This document shows positions 44,437 through 53,907 of a DNA stretch of 64,000 nucleotides, piece by piece. Position 1 is the stretch's first letter, and each line of letters starts with the position of its first letter. The notes under the pieces were generated by a model. That model saw nothing but the letters and a program-made list of their open reading frames with translations, was not told the DNA's origin and did not search any database. A program made the position numbers and the translations under genes. Origin of the DNA: a virus; the IMG/VR virus record IMGVR_UViG_3300045988_092438. One strand, 5' to 3'.

Positions 44437-44964
44437 TTACATTGTTGATAACTCTGCAAAACACCAGTCATCTGCAAGCATATCTGCTTGAGAAGCAAGC
44501 CAACCCATCTGTACACCAGAAGTGCCAACAAATGCGATTGCTTGATTTCCGATTGCTTTATGCTCACAGTTTGCTACATGACCAGAAGGTGTTTTGTAGC
44601 TGATGTTACTTGCAAGTTCAATGTACTGGTCTTTACCATTCCAACCTTTACGCTTTACTCTAAAGCCACGTTTCATATACTTGATTGCTTCACCAAATGA
44701 GAATGTGGCAATACCACCAAGTAAAGGTGTATTGTGTTCATCAGCAATAACCCATTCATCACTGAGAACATTGGAAAGTGTGTACTCAACTCTTTGAGTC
44801 TCACGAATGTCCAGTGGAGATTTCTGTCCATTGTCAACATCATCTTGTCTACAGTACATCATAATGGTCTGTTTGTTGTTATCCCAACACCAGTAACCAC
44901 CCCATGATGGAAGTTTGACTTTGTGACCCTGTTTCATAGCTTCTAATGCTTCTTTAAAATACAT
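44437..44964 (-). CDS. tandem DUF2829 (Tad2-like) domain protein
   Basis: Two DUF2829-like repeats. The first is MYFKEALEAMKQGHKV..W....LSDEWVI. The second is FSFGEAIKYMKRGFRVKRKGWNGK...GWLASQADMLADDW. Confidence 0.65.
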   Translation of the reverse strand: MYFKEALEAMKQGHKVKLPSWGGYWCWDNNKQTIMMYCRQDDVDNGQKSPLDIRETQRVEYTLSNVLSDEWVIADEHNTPLLGGIATFSFGEAIKYMKRGFRVKRKGWNGKDQYIELASNISYKTPSGHVANCEHKAIGNQAIAFVGTSGVQMGWLASQADMLADDWCFAELSTM

Positions 44965-44980
44965 AATAAATTCTCCTTTC

Positions 44981-45259
44981 TTATTCTACAATCAGTCTTG
45001 CGATTAACACAGTCTTATCACCGTCAATGTCTGCAACATCATAACCCGGTCTGAAAGATAAGACTTTACCTTTTTGAGCAAAGATACTACTGGCAGTAGC
45101 CATAGCTTTAAACATCTGGTTTACACTAGAAGCTCCAATAGCTCTTAACTCAATATCAGTATATCCTGCTTCATAAGTCTTAACAATACTTCCGGCAGTC
45201 TCTTTTGTAGGAGAAGAGCCGGACACTCTAAGTACTTTTGTTTTATTAGGTACACCCAT
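44981..45259 (-). CDS. spoVS: SpoVS-family protein
   Basis: 92 aa. ..LRVSGSS.P...AGSI......IELRAIGASSVNQMFKAMATA.....KG........DGDKTVLIARLIVE parallels stage V sporulation protein S. Confidence 0.65.
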   Translation of the reverse strand: MGVPNKTKVLRVSGSSPTKETAGSIVKTYEAGYTDIELRAIGASSVNQMFKAMATASSIFAQKGKVLSFRPGYDVADIDGDKTVLIARLIVE

Positions 45260-45285
45260 TGTTGCTACCTTCCTTTCTTCAATAA

Positions 45286-47427
45286 TTACATTGATTTTCT
45301 TTCTGCAATTTCAGCCATTTTAGCTGAGTTCAATCTTGTGTCACCTTTCACTCTTGAGTAACTGAGATAACCATTCATGCGGTCAATCTTTGTGAGATTC
45401 TTACTACCACATACAGGGCAAACATCCATTTCAAGCTCTTGGTGTCCACAGTCATCACAATATGCTAAAGACAAGTTCACACCTTCATAGAATCCCATTT
45501 TCATAGCTCTTCTTACAAGTGTTCTGATTGCTTCAACATTGTAACCCAGTGGGTATCTGACATACTGGATTTTTCCACCATTCGCTAAATCCCAGAATCT
45601 CTTTTCAAGGTCTTGTTTCTGAATAGGAGTAATGTCCTCTGTAACATGACAGTGGAAAGAGTTTGACACATAAGGTCTGTCACTTACCTTCTCAATCACT
45701 CCGAACTCTTTTCGGAACTGTTCAATCTGTAAGCCACACAGACTCTCAGCAGGTGTTCCATAGATAGCATACAAGATACCATCTTCTGACTTGTACTGCT
45801 GAATTTTGGTGTTGATATGTTTCATAACCTCTAAAGCAAATTCTCCGTCTTCGACAAGAGACTTTTTATTGTAAAGCTCTTGAAGTTCATTCAAGGCTGT
45901 GAAACCAAATGAAGCCGTCATAGGCTTTAACAGTGGTTTGATTTTGTCGGAAGGTTTTAAATGACCTCCATAGAAGCCACCTTCACAGTAAGCTACTGGA
46001 TTAACACTTGCTCTCATTTCTCCCAGATAATCAAAGGTTCTCTTATGAATACCTCTAATCATTTCAAGGTAATAGTCAAGTACTTCATAGAAGTCCTTGC
46101 TTTCTCTTCGGGCTTTTGCAAGTATCATAGGCAGGTGAAGTGAAACAGCTCCAATGTTAAATCTTCCAACAAACACTGGCTTGTCATCTTCATCAGCAGG
46201 TGTCATTCCTCCACGCTCATACCACGGAGATAAGAAAGCTCTGCACCCCATAGGACTGACAACTCTCTTATACTTCTTATACATTTCAGCTACATATCCC
46301 TCACCAGTCAGTGATAACCAGTCTGGGTACATAGTCTTTGAAGAACAGTCAATACCTGCTTCAAACACATCTTCATTGATACACCCTTCACCATGAAGTT
46401 CTTCATCATACAGAAATACAATTTTTGGGAAGAGTACAGGTTTCTTAAATCCCGGCTTACCTTGACCCTCTTTGTGTACTCTGAGGAAAGTGATAGAAGC
46501 AAGTTTTTCAAAACGTGCTGTGCCAAGTCCTAAAGTCATAGTGATGAATGGATAGTCACCTCTGGAACTTCCAACAGTGTTGAGCTTCATTTCAATACCT
46601 TGGAATCCCTGTTCATAGTCTCTTTCTACTTTTCTGAAAGCCCAGTCAGTACACTCTTTAGTCACTGTCTGCTGACCTCTAATCTCAAGATACTCCTCAA
46701 TGTACTTCTTGTAACTCTTTTCTGCATATGGAGCTAAAACCTTATCCACCTCTGGCACAGTGAAACCTCCATACTGTTGTGAAGCACAAGACAGAATAAT
46801 GTCTCCCAGAACATCAAAAGCAGTGTCAAGAGTTTTCGGTTCATTGTACCACTGATTACCCATTTCAAAACCACCAGTCATAACACTGGCAATATCAAAC
46901 AGGCAACAATTCATGGTGTCCAGTCTGGCTGACTGGTCGTGAATATAAATGTAACCTTCTTTACACGCTTGGAGTTCATCTTTTGTCATAAAGAACCTGC
47001 GGTAAAGTCTTTTGTTTAACTCGTTAAATATCAGACACCTCTTAGTGGCAACAAGTGTACTGTCTGTATTACTGTTCTCCTTATCACCGATATGTCTGAT
47101 ACTCTGAGACTTCACATACACTTGGTCCATCATGTGTACAAAGTCATGTTTGTAATTCCTGTAGTCTCTGTAACTCTTTGCAATCATAGGGTCAATCTTA
47201 TCCAATGCAAGCTCCACATAGTTGTGCATTTTTGGAACAGGAATTTCTTTCACACCTGCTCTCTCAATGGCTTCTTCAACTTCTCTGACAATATCCCATT
47301 TTTTCTCTTCACTGAGATTCACCATAACTCTGTTTGAAGATTTAGTAACAGCGTTGACAATCTTCTCCGGGTTAAAAGGTTCAAGAGTTCCATCTTTCTT
47401 AATGATTGTGTAATCACTCAAATTCAT
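45286..47427 (-). CDS. nrdD: anaerobic ribonucleoside-triphosphate reductase (class III)
   Basis: 713 aa with an N-terminal ATP-cone, a C-terminal zinc ribbon CDDCGH..CPVCGS and glycyl-radical region ..RMNGYLS... Confidence 0.9.
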   Translation of the reverse strand: MNLSDYTIIKKDGTLEPFNPEKIVNAVTKSSNRVMVNLSEEKKWDIVREVEEAIERAGVKEIPVPKMHNYVELALDKIDPMIAKSYRDYRNYKHDFVHMMDQVYVKSQSIRHIGDKENSNTDSTLVATKRCLIFNELNKRLYRRFFMTKDELQACKEGYIYIHDQSARLDTMNCCLFDIASVMTGGFEMGNQWYNEPKTLDTAFDVLGDIILSCASQQYGGFTVPEVDKVLAPYAEKSYKKYIEEYLEIRGQQTVTKECTDWAFRKVERDYEQGFQGIEMKLNTVGSSRGDYPFITMTLGLGTARFEKLASITFLRVHKEGQGKPGFKKPVLFPKIVFLYDEELHGEGCINEDVFEAGIDCSSKTMYPDWLSLTGEGYVAEMYKKYKRVVSPMGCRAFLSPWYERGGMTPADEDDKPVFVGRFNIGAVSLHLPMILAKARRESKDFYEVLDYYLEMIRGIHKRTFDYLGEMRASVNPVAYCEGGFYGGHLKPSDKIKPLLKPMTASFGFTALNELQELYNKKSLVEDGEFALEVMKHINTKIQQYKSEDGILYAIYGTPAESLCGLQIEQFRKEFGVIEKVSDRPYVSNSFHCHVTEDITPIQKQDLEKRFWDLANGGKIQYVRYPLGYNVEAIRTLVRRAMKMGFYEGVNLSLAYCDDCGHQELEMDVCPVCGSKNLTKIDRMNGYLSYSRVKGDTRLNSAKMAEIAERKSM

Positions 47428-47810
47428 AATGAATAGTCCTCCTTCTTTCTTCTTGGTTTAATGACTTTTGAAACAAGGTCTTCAACCAATACATAACCGA
47501 AATTTCTGCTGTCATAACTGTCTGGGGCATTATCACCTAAGAAGTATATGGACTGAACTTCACCTTTCTTGTCTCTGAATACCTCGCTTACTCTCTTGAT
47601 TAAAAGTCTATTCTTCACTGTAGGGTGTTTAAACACCATAACGTCTCCCGGCTTGATTTTATTCTTTCTGAATATTCTTCTGGAAAGAATAATTTCCCCA
47701 TCATGGTAAGTGGGGAACATACTGTTACCACACACATTGACAAGTGGGAAAACAAAGTGTTCAGCTACAGCTCCTACTGCAATAAAAAACAGCCACTTCA
47801 AAACTATCAT
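47424..47810 (-). CDS. signal peptidase I (S26)-like protein
   Basis: ..GNSMFPTY.. (Ser box), ..LIKRV.. (Lys box) and ..GDNAPDSYDSRNFG.., with an N-terminal TM helix. Confidence 0.7.
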   Translation of the reverse strand: MIVLKWLFFIAVGAVAEHFVFPLVNVCGNSMFPTYHDGEIILSRRIFRKNKIKPGDVMVFKHPTVKNRLLIKRVSEVFRDKKGEVQSIYFLGDNAPDSYDSRNFGYVLVEDLVSKVIKPRRKKEDYSL

Positions 47811-48277
47811 TTCTTAAATGTCCTCCTTCCGACTACTTTCTCTTTCGGAACAAGGTTCAAGAAATCCTCTAATTTCAAAGTGACATAATCATTTGAGGTA
47901 TTGTGTTCATGAAACACCACGATTGGCACACGACCTTCTGGACAGTCACTTTCTGCTTGCCTTATCCACTTTGGAAGAGACCACTGCTTTTGATTCTTAC
48001 ACTCTATGTGTAACAGTAACATCTGCTTAGTGTCCACAATGGTAATATCTCCTCGGTAGTCATCAGCTTTATCTGACTTCTTAGCAAATCCACCAGACTG
48101 AGGTGTTCTCTTTAATTCAACACCATATTTACTCTGGAACTTCTTTGCTATGTCTCGCTCAAATTGACCGCCTTTTCTCTTAGCATTTCTACCCTGTCTT
48201 GAAAGAGCTTCGTGTTTCGTTTCTTCTTGTTTTGGTTCTTGACCTAATGTTTCTGTTTTCTTCTTTAACTTCATCAT
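47807..48277 (-). CDS. Hjc-like PD-(D/E)XK nuclease (Holliday junction resolvase candidate)
   Basis: ..KRKGGQFERDIAK......RTPQSGG......GDI......LHIECKNQK.. follows the Hjc/PD-(D/E)XK motif order. Confidence 0.5.
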   Translation of the reverse strand: MMKLKKKTETLGQEPKQEETKHEALSRQGRNAKRKGGQFERDIAKKFQSKYGVELKRTPQSGGFAKKSDKADDYRGDITIVDTKQMLLLHIECKNQKQWSLPKWIRQAESDCPEGRVPIVVFHEHNTSNDYVTLKLEDFLNLVPKEKVVGRRTFKK

Positions 48278-48398
48278 TAAATTCTCCTTTACTTGTTACG
48301 ATATATTCAACAAAATGCTATAACCCCATTATAGTCCAGAGACTTCTTTTCGTCAACAATAAAAAATAGGAGCAGATTTTACTCTGCTCCTTAAAGTT

Positions 48399-48776
48399 TT
48401 ACCTGTATTCAAAAGAACCATTGGTGTTGTCGATTCTATCATATATTACCATGTGCATAGCTTCTTTTGTTTCATCACTTATAGTAAGTTTCATCATTCC
48501 ACAGGGTAGTTCTAGATCTACCACTTCTTCTATAGTGTTGGGATAGTCAGAACTCCATACTCTATTCAATGCAACAATGATGTTATAGGCTCTGTCTTCT
48601 ACAGTTCCTCCTTTATTTTCTGCCATAAGCATTAAATACTTGCTATCTTCTGCACTCCAATCTATTGAGTACTTATCTTGAAACTTAGTGTGCGTCTCTT
48701 CTTTTGCAGAACACCCACTTAACAGAAAGCAAACAGCACACAAAATTATAAGTTTTCTTTTCATCTTACACCTCAT
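48399..48776 (-). CDS. lipoprotein with SleB-like (Hydrolase_2) fragment
   Basis: Lipobox ..CFLLSGCS.. and ..AENKGGTVEDRAYNIIVALNRVWSSDYPNTIEEVV... Confidence 0.45.
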   Translation of the reverse strand: MRCKMKRKLIILCAVCFLLSGCSAKEETHTKFQDKYSIDWSAEDSKYLMLMAENKGGTVEDRAYNIIVALNRVWSSDYPNTIEEVVDLELPCGMMKLTISDETKEAMHMVIYDRIDNTNGSFEYR

Positions 48777-49096
48777 AATCCTTCATTTGCGATTTTGTCT
48801 GTAATGTCAATATATAGGTCATTTAACCTATAATACATTTTGTGAGTTTCATCTGGAACATGGTCTCCATCACGTTCAATGTCATGCTCTACATAACTCA
48901 GATACCATTTAGCTTTATCAATGTCTTCTGCACCATTCTTGTTTTTGTATCTCCACAGATACTTAAAAGCATTACACAGGCAGAAGTCATACACTGCTTT
49001 TGCTCCAAAAGCTACCCTCATACACTCAATACACTCTAAAGAGGTGTTACCCTCATAGTGTGATGGGTGATTTACATTGTCTACTTCCTTACTCAT
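48773..49096 (-). CDS. DUF3310 family protein
   Basis: ..VNHPSHYEG...ECIE........FCLCNAFKYLWRYKNKNG.EDIDKAKWYL.. is the DUF3310 pattern. Confidence 0.6.
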   Translation of the reverse strand: MSKEVDNVNHPSHYEGNTSLECIECMRVAFGAKAVYDFCLCNAFKYLWRYKNKNGAEDIDKAKWYLSYVEHDIERDGDHVPDETHKMYYRLNDLYIDITDKIANEGL

Positions 49097-49460
49097 ACTT
49101 AAATACCTCCCTTACTACTTTGCAGAATTTCTTGAAATCCCTCTTACTCATATAGAACTTGTGAATATTCTTAGTCTTACCCACTTTCTTTTTAGTGAGT
49201 GTAACAAGAACTCCATCAGTGTCACAATCAACAAAGGACAGAGAATATGTACCCATTGTAACAGGGTGTTCAAGAGGTGGATTGAGCTTGACAACACCAC
49301 TAAAGGTAGTCTTGCAGGATAACAACTGCTTAGTCATTTCCTTATTCAGCTTGAAGGTAGAATCTACCTTCTTACTGAATATCAGAACATTTACTCTTTC
49401 ACTTCTCTTCTCAACAGTCAACTTTAATCTGTCCGGCAGTCTGAATGTGAATTTGTCCAT
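49089..49460 (-). CDS. hypothetical protein
   Basis: 123-aa co-directional ORF. Confidence 0.45.
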   Translation of the reverse strand: MDKFTFRLPDRLKLTVEKRSERVNVLIFSKKVDSTFKLNKEMTKQLLSCKTTFSGVVKLNPPLEHPVTMGTYSLSFVDCDTDGVLVTLTKKKVGKTKNIHKFYMSKRDFKKFCKVVREVFKYE

Positions 49461-50485
49461 TACTTAATTCTCCCTTCTGATAACTCAATCAGTTCTTCAT
49501 ACCAAGGTTGCATGATTTCTTTCATCTGAGGGTGTGGAGCACCTGTAGTTCCTTTTGCTCTCAGATTAACAATGTGTTGCCACTCTGTCTCATTACAGGT
49601 CATAATGATTTCCGTCTTTAAAGAGTTTGGCAGAACACTTCTTGCTTCTTGTGGTGTTGAACCATAACCTAAAAGCTCAAAGTACTTTCTCTCAGCAACT
49701 TCACAAGAAGTCTTCCATGCTTCATACACTCTGCTGTTATCATGTCCAGTATCAAAGAAGAATGGAAGGATAAATGTAATATCTCCTCCAAATTTGTCTT
49801 TAGAATAATTGCAGTAACGAGTACTCTCCTGTGCAAAACTACAAGGTCTGTGTCTTACAAGCTCATGGGAAACACCTCTGTCACATACAAACAGAACAGT
49901 GTGAGTCCTGTGTTTCATAATCTCCTGCTCTCTGAGATTCTTTGGACTGTCATAAAGCTCATTGTACAAGTCATCACAGAAATCTTCCTCTGGCATAATC
50001 TGGAAGTGTCTTGTATTCCTGTAGGAAAAACACTGAGGAAAAATCTCTGGGAAGTAGTTACCAACACAAGACAGCATTTCATCAACCACAGAAGGAGTAA
50101 CATTCAAATCACAAGCTCCTATGCTTAACACCATATCAAAGAACACTCTTAAAGGTGCTGAGATATAAGTATCACCATGTTCCGTGATGTAAACGTGTCT
50201 AAGAATATCTGTAGCTTCTCCCAATGAACCACAATCCACTTTGGCAAACATACTGAGACCTTTCATTAAGTCTTCATACAGACCTGTATATCTCATGTGT
50301 ACCCAGTAATGCTCAATCATTGCATAATGCTTTCTGCTACACAGTCCTTTCACAAACTTCACTGCACTGTCATCAGTGATTTTATCCTCTGACTTGTAGC
50401 AGGTTCTACCAATCTTCTCAATAAACTGGTAAGGTGTCATTCCCTCTTTGGAAATGTGTTCATGGTAAGGTTTAATTACCTTCAT
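49460..50485 (-). CDS. thyX: FAD-dependent thymidylate synthase
   Basis: ThyX motif ..ELVRHRPCSFAQESTRY.. (RHR..S...S.R). 341 aa. Confidence 0.8.
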   Translation of the reverse strand: MKVIKPYHEHISKEGMTPYQFIEKIGRTCYKSEDKITDDSAVKFVKGLCSRKHYAMIEHYWVHMRYTGLYEDLMKGLSMFAKVDCGSLGEATDILRHVYITEHGDTYISAPLRVFFDMVLSIGACDLNVTPSVVDEMLSCVGNYFPEIFPQCFSYRNTRHFQIMPEEDFCDDLYNELYDSPKNLREQEIMKHRTHTVLFVCDRGVSHELVRHRPCSFAQESTRYCNYSKDKFGGDITFILPFFFDTGHDNSRVYEAWKTSCEVAERKYFELLGYGSTPQEARSVLPNSLKTEIIMTCNETEWQHIVNLRAKGTTGAPHPQMKEIMQPWYEELIELSEGRIK

Positions 50486-50500
50486 GATGTTATCCTCCTT

Positions 50501-51250
50501 TTATTCAAGCCATCTATTATCAATGTAATAGAAAGCAAATATTATTAAAGCTGTTACAATAAACCAGACAATCCAGAATATGATATTAACTGTGTTTATG
50601 TCTGTCATATAAGAATCAACAGTGTCCTTTAAAGCTGTTTCACTAAACACTGAATTTTCACTTATAGTGCCATCTTTTAATTTAGTGAATATTGTTCCCT
50701 TCATTTTTGAGGAAACACCATAATACACATGACGAAGATGATACCCGGCACTAACTGTATCAATGTGGTGTGATGAAAAATCAAACCTATCATAACTAAA
50801 AGACTCTCCTAAAAACGTGATACTCTGAGTATGTTTTGAATCATTACCTATATTATCCCAAGTCCAATAAACTTCTGTTCTTGTATGTGTTTGTCTTGTT
50901 TTTCCAGAACCAGTCGTATATGTTACTACTCTTGTGTGCCTAGTGTATCTCTCTGTTTCCTGTCGAATATATGTATATTCTCCTTTAACATCATCATAAG
51001 ATACTGGTGTGTCTGCTGAAAGGTCTCCATACACAAAAGCATTACCAAAATTGGTCTGCATAGCTTGTTTAAATAAAGACTCTTCCGCATTTATTTTTAG
51101 TGCCTTTCCATACATATCATTCTTCTGAATAAAATGGTCAGTCAAGGCACTATTTGAAACCACACCTATGATAAGCATAACAAAGAAGATAATTACACTA
51201 AACAGAACCTCACGTTTAGTTATCTCAAAATCATATCTTCTATAATACAT
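50501..51250 (-). CDS. membrane protein (N- and C-terminal TM helices), partner of LemA
   Basis: 249 aa with hydrophobic segments at both ends. Immediately downstream of lemA. Confidence 0.5.
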   Translation of the reverse strand: MYYRRYDFEITKREVLFSVIIFFVMLIIGVVSNSALTDHFIQKNDMYGKALKINAEESLFKQAMQTNFGNAFVYGDLSADTPVSYDDVKGEYTYIRQETERYTRHTRVVTYTTGSGKTRQTHTRTEVYWTWDNIGNDSKHTQSITFLGESFSYDRFDFSSHHIDTVSAGYHLRHVYYGVSSKMKGTIFTKLKDGTISENSVFSETALKDTVDSYMTDINTVNIIFWIVWFIVTALIIFAFYYIDNRWLE

Positions 51251-51264
51251 AGGTTATTCCTCCA

Positions 51265-51819
51265 TCAGTCTCCGAAAAGGTTTGTGGGAGCATCTGATGA
51301 TACATCAAAATTAAGTCTCTGATAATCTTTCACTTCATAACCCATCATAGACAAGATAAACTTCTGTGGAAATCTCCGGCAGTATGTTCTGTAGGTCTCA
51401 ACGTGTTTATTATATGTCTCCCTGTACTCTGCAATCGTTCTTTCAGTAAGTGTGAGAGTGTCCATAAACTTCTGATAATTACCATCACTCTTTAACTCTG
51501 GATAACTGTAAGTAACTGCACTAAGTACTGTCTGTACATCTTCCACTGTAGATTTACCTGCACTCATACTCTCAGCTAAATTCTCCAATGTCTCTGCTTC
51601 GTGTTTGTCATAGTTCTTTACACAATCCGCAAGATTATACACTGTGTCATATCGAGCTTTCTCCTGCACCTTAATGTCACTCATAGCTGACTGCACTTTT
51701 TCATCAAGTGCAATAGCCTTGTTAGGGAAACTGTTAAACATGAACACTGTTCCCAAGATGACTGCAATTATAATTCCAATCACAATCAAAACAACTTTGT
51801 AACTACTCGTCTTCTTCAT
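51265..51819 (-). CDS. lemA: LemA family protein
   Basis: 184 aa with an N-terminal TM helix and a LemA-like body ..NKAIALDEKVQSAMSDI..Q...RYD.V.NL... Confidence 0.7.
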   Translation of the reverse strand: MKKTSSYKVVLIVIGIIIAVILGTVFMFNSFPNKAIALDEKVQSAMSDIKVQEKARYDTVYNLADCVKNYDKHEAETLENLAESMSAGKSTVEDVQTVLSAVTYSYPELKSDGNYQKFMDTLTLTERTIAEYRETYNKHVETYRTYCRRFPQKFILSMMGYEVKDYQRLNFDVSSDAPTNLFGD

Positions 51820-51882
51820 AGAAAAGAACCTCTTTAAATTTTAATAATTGATACTTTATCATAAAACTGACCTCTTGTAAAA

Positions 51883-53262
51883 TCAGTTCATAATAACTAA
51901 ATTCTCTTTAGCTCTGGTTACTGCAACATACATAACCTTTCTCTCTTCCTCGTCCTTCATATAGTTAGGACACTTTACAGGGAAATTTCCATACAGAAGA
52001 ACATTCTTCACTTCAAGACCTTTTGATACATGAACAGTTAAAATTTTCACTCTATTAGAGTCCATATGTCTCTTCAAGTCTGCAAGTGACATACCCTCTC
52101 TTTTAAAGGTGGTGAATGGTACTTCATTCTCCTCACAAATCTCCTGCATTTTAAAGAGGTCTTTATTGGTCCGCACAAGGATAAAATAATCTCGGAAGTT
52201 TCCATCCTTCTTAATAGAATCAAGAACTACTGGAATTGTTCTCTTGGAAAGAAGCTGTACAGAACCCTCTTCCTGTGACATTGGAACAATGGTCTTATCA
52301 ATTTTACTGTACACCTGTGAAATAATAGTGTCTGCAATCTCCAACACTGCCCGACTGTTTCTATAATTGTTGGTGAGGTAGTACACTGAGAACAATCCAT
52401 CCTCAATCAGCTTCATAAAGATTTTAACATTACCACCTTTAAAGCTGTAAATACTCTGCCAGTCATCACCTACTAAGAAATAGTTGTCAGCTTGCAATGA
52501 GTCAATGAAATTAAATTCAAGTGAACCTACATCTTGGAACTCGTCTACCAGAACGTGTTCAATCTCAGCATTGATACTTCTAAAATATGCTTCTGCCCTT
52601 TTCAGTAACTCCTCAAAGGTAATTACATTTCTTGCCTTACATAAGGTATCAATGCTTTCTGGGAACTGAGTACTTCCGGCAACACTAATCTCATAGTCAA
52701 TGTCAGCCTGTGTTCTTTCAATGAGTCTTAACTCACCCTGTTCACTTGGAATTAAGAAATCATTCAGTTCTTTCTCAGTGATTTTACCCATCATTTCTTG
52801 TGTCTTCATATCCTTGTATTCAAGGTATCTGTCAAAAGTTAAAGACTTACAGTACTTTGTAATAAGCTCCCTGTGGAAGTCATTATCAATTCCATCATCA
52901 TAAATTCTGTAGTTCTCACCAGACAACTTCATAACTCTGTTTGCAAAGGAGTGGATAGTTCCAATAAAAGCGTCTCCAATACCTTCTACATCATAAAGTC
53001 TTTCTTTCATTTCCTCTGCCGCCATATTGGTGAATGTGATTGCTACAATATTACAAGGTGGAACACCTTCTTCTAAGAGGAATTTAATTCTCTCAGTAAG
53101 TACTCTTGTCTTTCCTGAACCTGCTCCGGCAACTACTAAAACATTGTTATCTCTGGCATGAACAGCTAAATCCTGCTGTTGGTCTAATGTAATGGGAGCT
53201 TCTTTCTCCCTCTTCTCAAATCCTCTCTTAAACATGGATTTTCTTTTGAGTTTTACTGCCAC
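51883..53262 (-). CDS. UvrD/Rep-type SF1 DNA helicase
   Basis: Motif I ..VVAGAGSGKTRVLTERI.., motif II ..VLVDEFQD.., C-terminal ..YVAVTRAKE... Confidence 0.8.
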   Translation of the reverse strand: MAVKLKRKSMFKRGFEKREKEAPITLDQQQDLAVHARDNNVLVVAGAGSGKTRVLTERIKFLLEEGVPPCNIVAITFTNMAAEEMKERLYDVEGIGDAFIGTIHSFANRVMKLSGENYRIYDDGIDNDFHRELITKYCKSLTFDRYLEYKDMKTQEMMGKITEKELNDFLIPSEQGELRLIERTQADIDYEISVAGSTQFPESIDTLCKARNVITFEELLKRAEAYFRSINAEIEHVLVDEFQDVGSLEFNFIDSLQADNYFLVGDDWQSIYSFKGGNVKIFMKLIEDGLFSVYYLTNNYRNSRAVLEIADTIISQVYSKIDKTIVPMSQEEGSVQLLSKRTIPVVLDSIKKDGNFRDYFILVRTNKDLFKMQEICEENEVPFTTFKREGMSLADLKRHMDSNRVKILTVHVSKGLEVKNVLLYGNFPVKCPNYMKDEEERKVMYVAVTRAKENLVIMN

Positions 53263-53352
53263 TGTTATTCTCCTTTCTTCTTTTAGGAATTTATTACTTT
53301 ATGATTATTATACAATAAAAGACAGGCATTGTAAAACACCTGTCTTCTAATG

Positions 53353-53904
53353 CTACCTGTTTACATTGTAGTTTCTGTTCTCATTGTTAAAGTCACCTGT
53401 TCTTCGGCTCACCTCTCGGCTTATCATAAAGATAGCGTCCTCAATGTTTGAGATATTCAGTTCTAACAGCATACACTTCTTCTTGTAATCCATGTACTTT
53501 TCATAATATGGAAAGATTTCCGGGTCTGTGTTGAGTTCTCTCTCTTTTGCTTTCTCAGACATTTTGGTTTCCGATAACTTCTTGTAGAGGTGCTGACTCT
53601 CCTGCAAGTACTCTCTCTGAGCTTCTTCAAGATAACACTCAGCCCACCCTAAAAGAGTTCTCATATACATTTTCTGTTGAGTAAATGCGTTTAAATACTC
53701 TCCTAAATCTTTAGCAGGACATTCTGTGATATTAGCCGGAAGAGATAAGTAATCTGTATCAATATTCAATGAGCCATTAGGGTCAAAGAAGTCAACACCC
53801 TTATCTTCTAACTCTTCTTGCATAGAGTCCACATAACTCTTTCTCTCTTTCAGAGCTTTCATAGGACTAACCTTCTCCGGCTGAGTCTTTTTCTTTAATT
53901 TCAT
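53353..53904 (-). CDS. hypothetical protein
   Basis: 183-aa co-directional ORF. Confidence 0.45.
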   Translation of the reverse strand: MKLKKKTQPEKVSPMKALKERKSYVDSMQEELEDKGVDFFDPNGSLNIDTDYLSLPANITECPAKDLGEYLNAFTQQKMYMRTLLGWAECYLEEAQREYLQESQHLYKKLSETKMSEKAKERELNTDPEIFPYYEKYMDYKKKCMLLELNISNIEDAIFMISREVSRRTGDFNNENRNYNVNR

Positions 53905-53907
53905 AGA

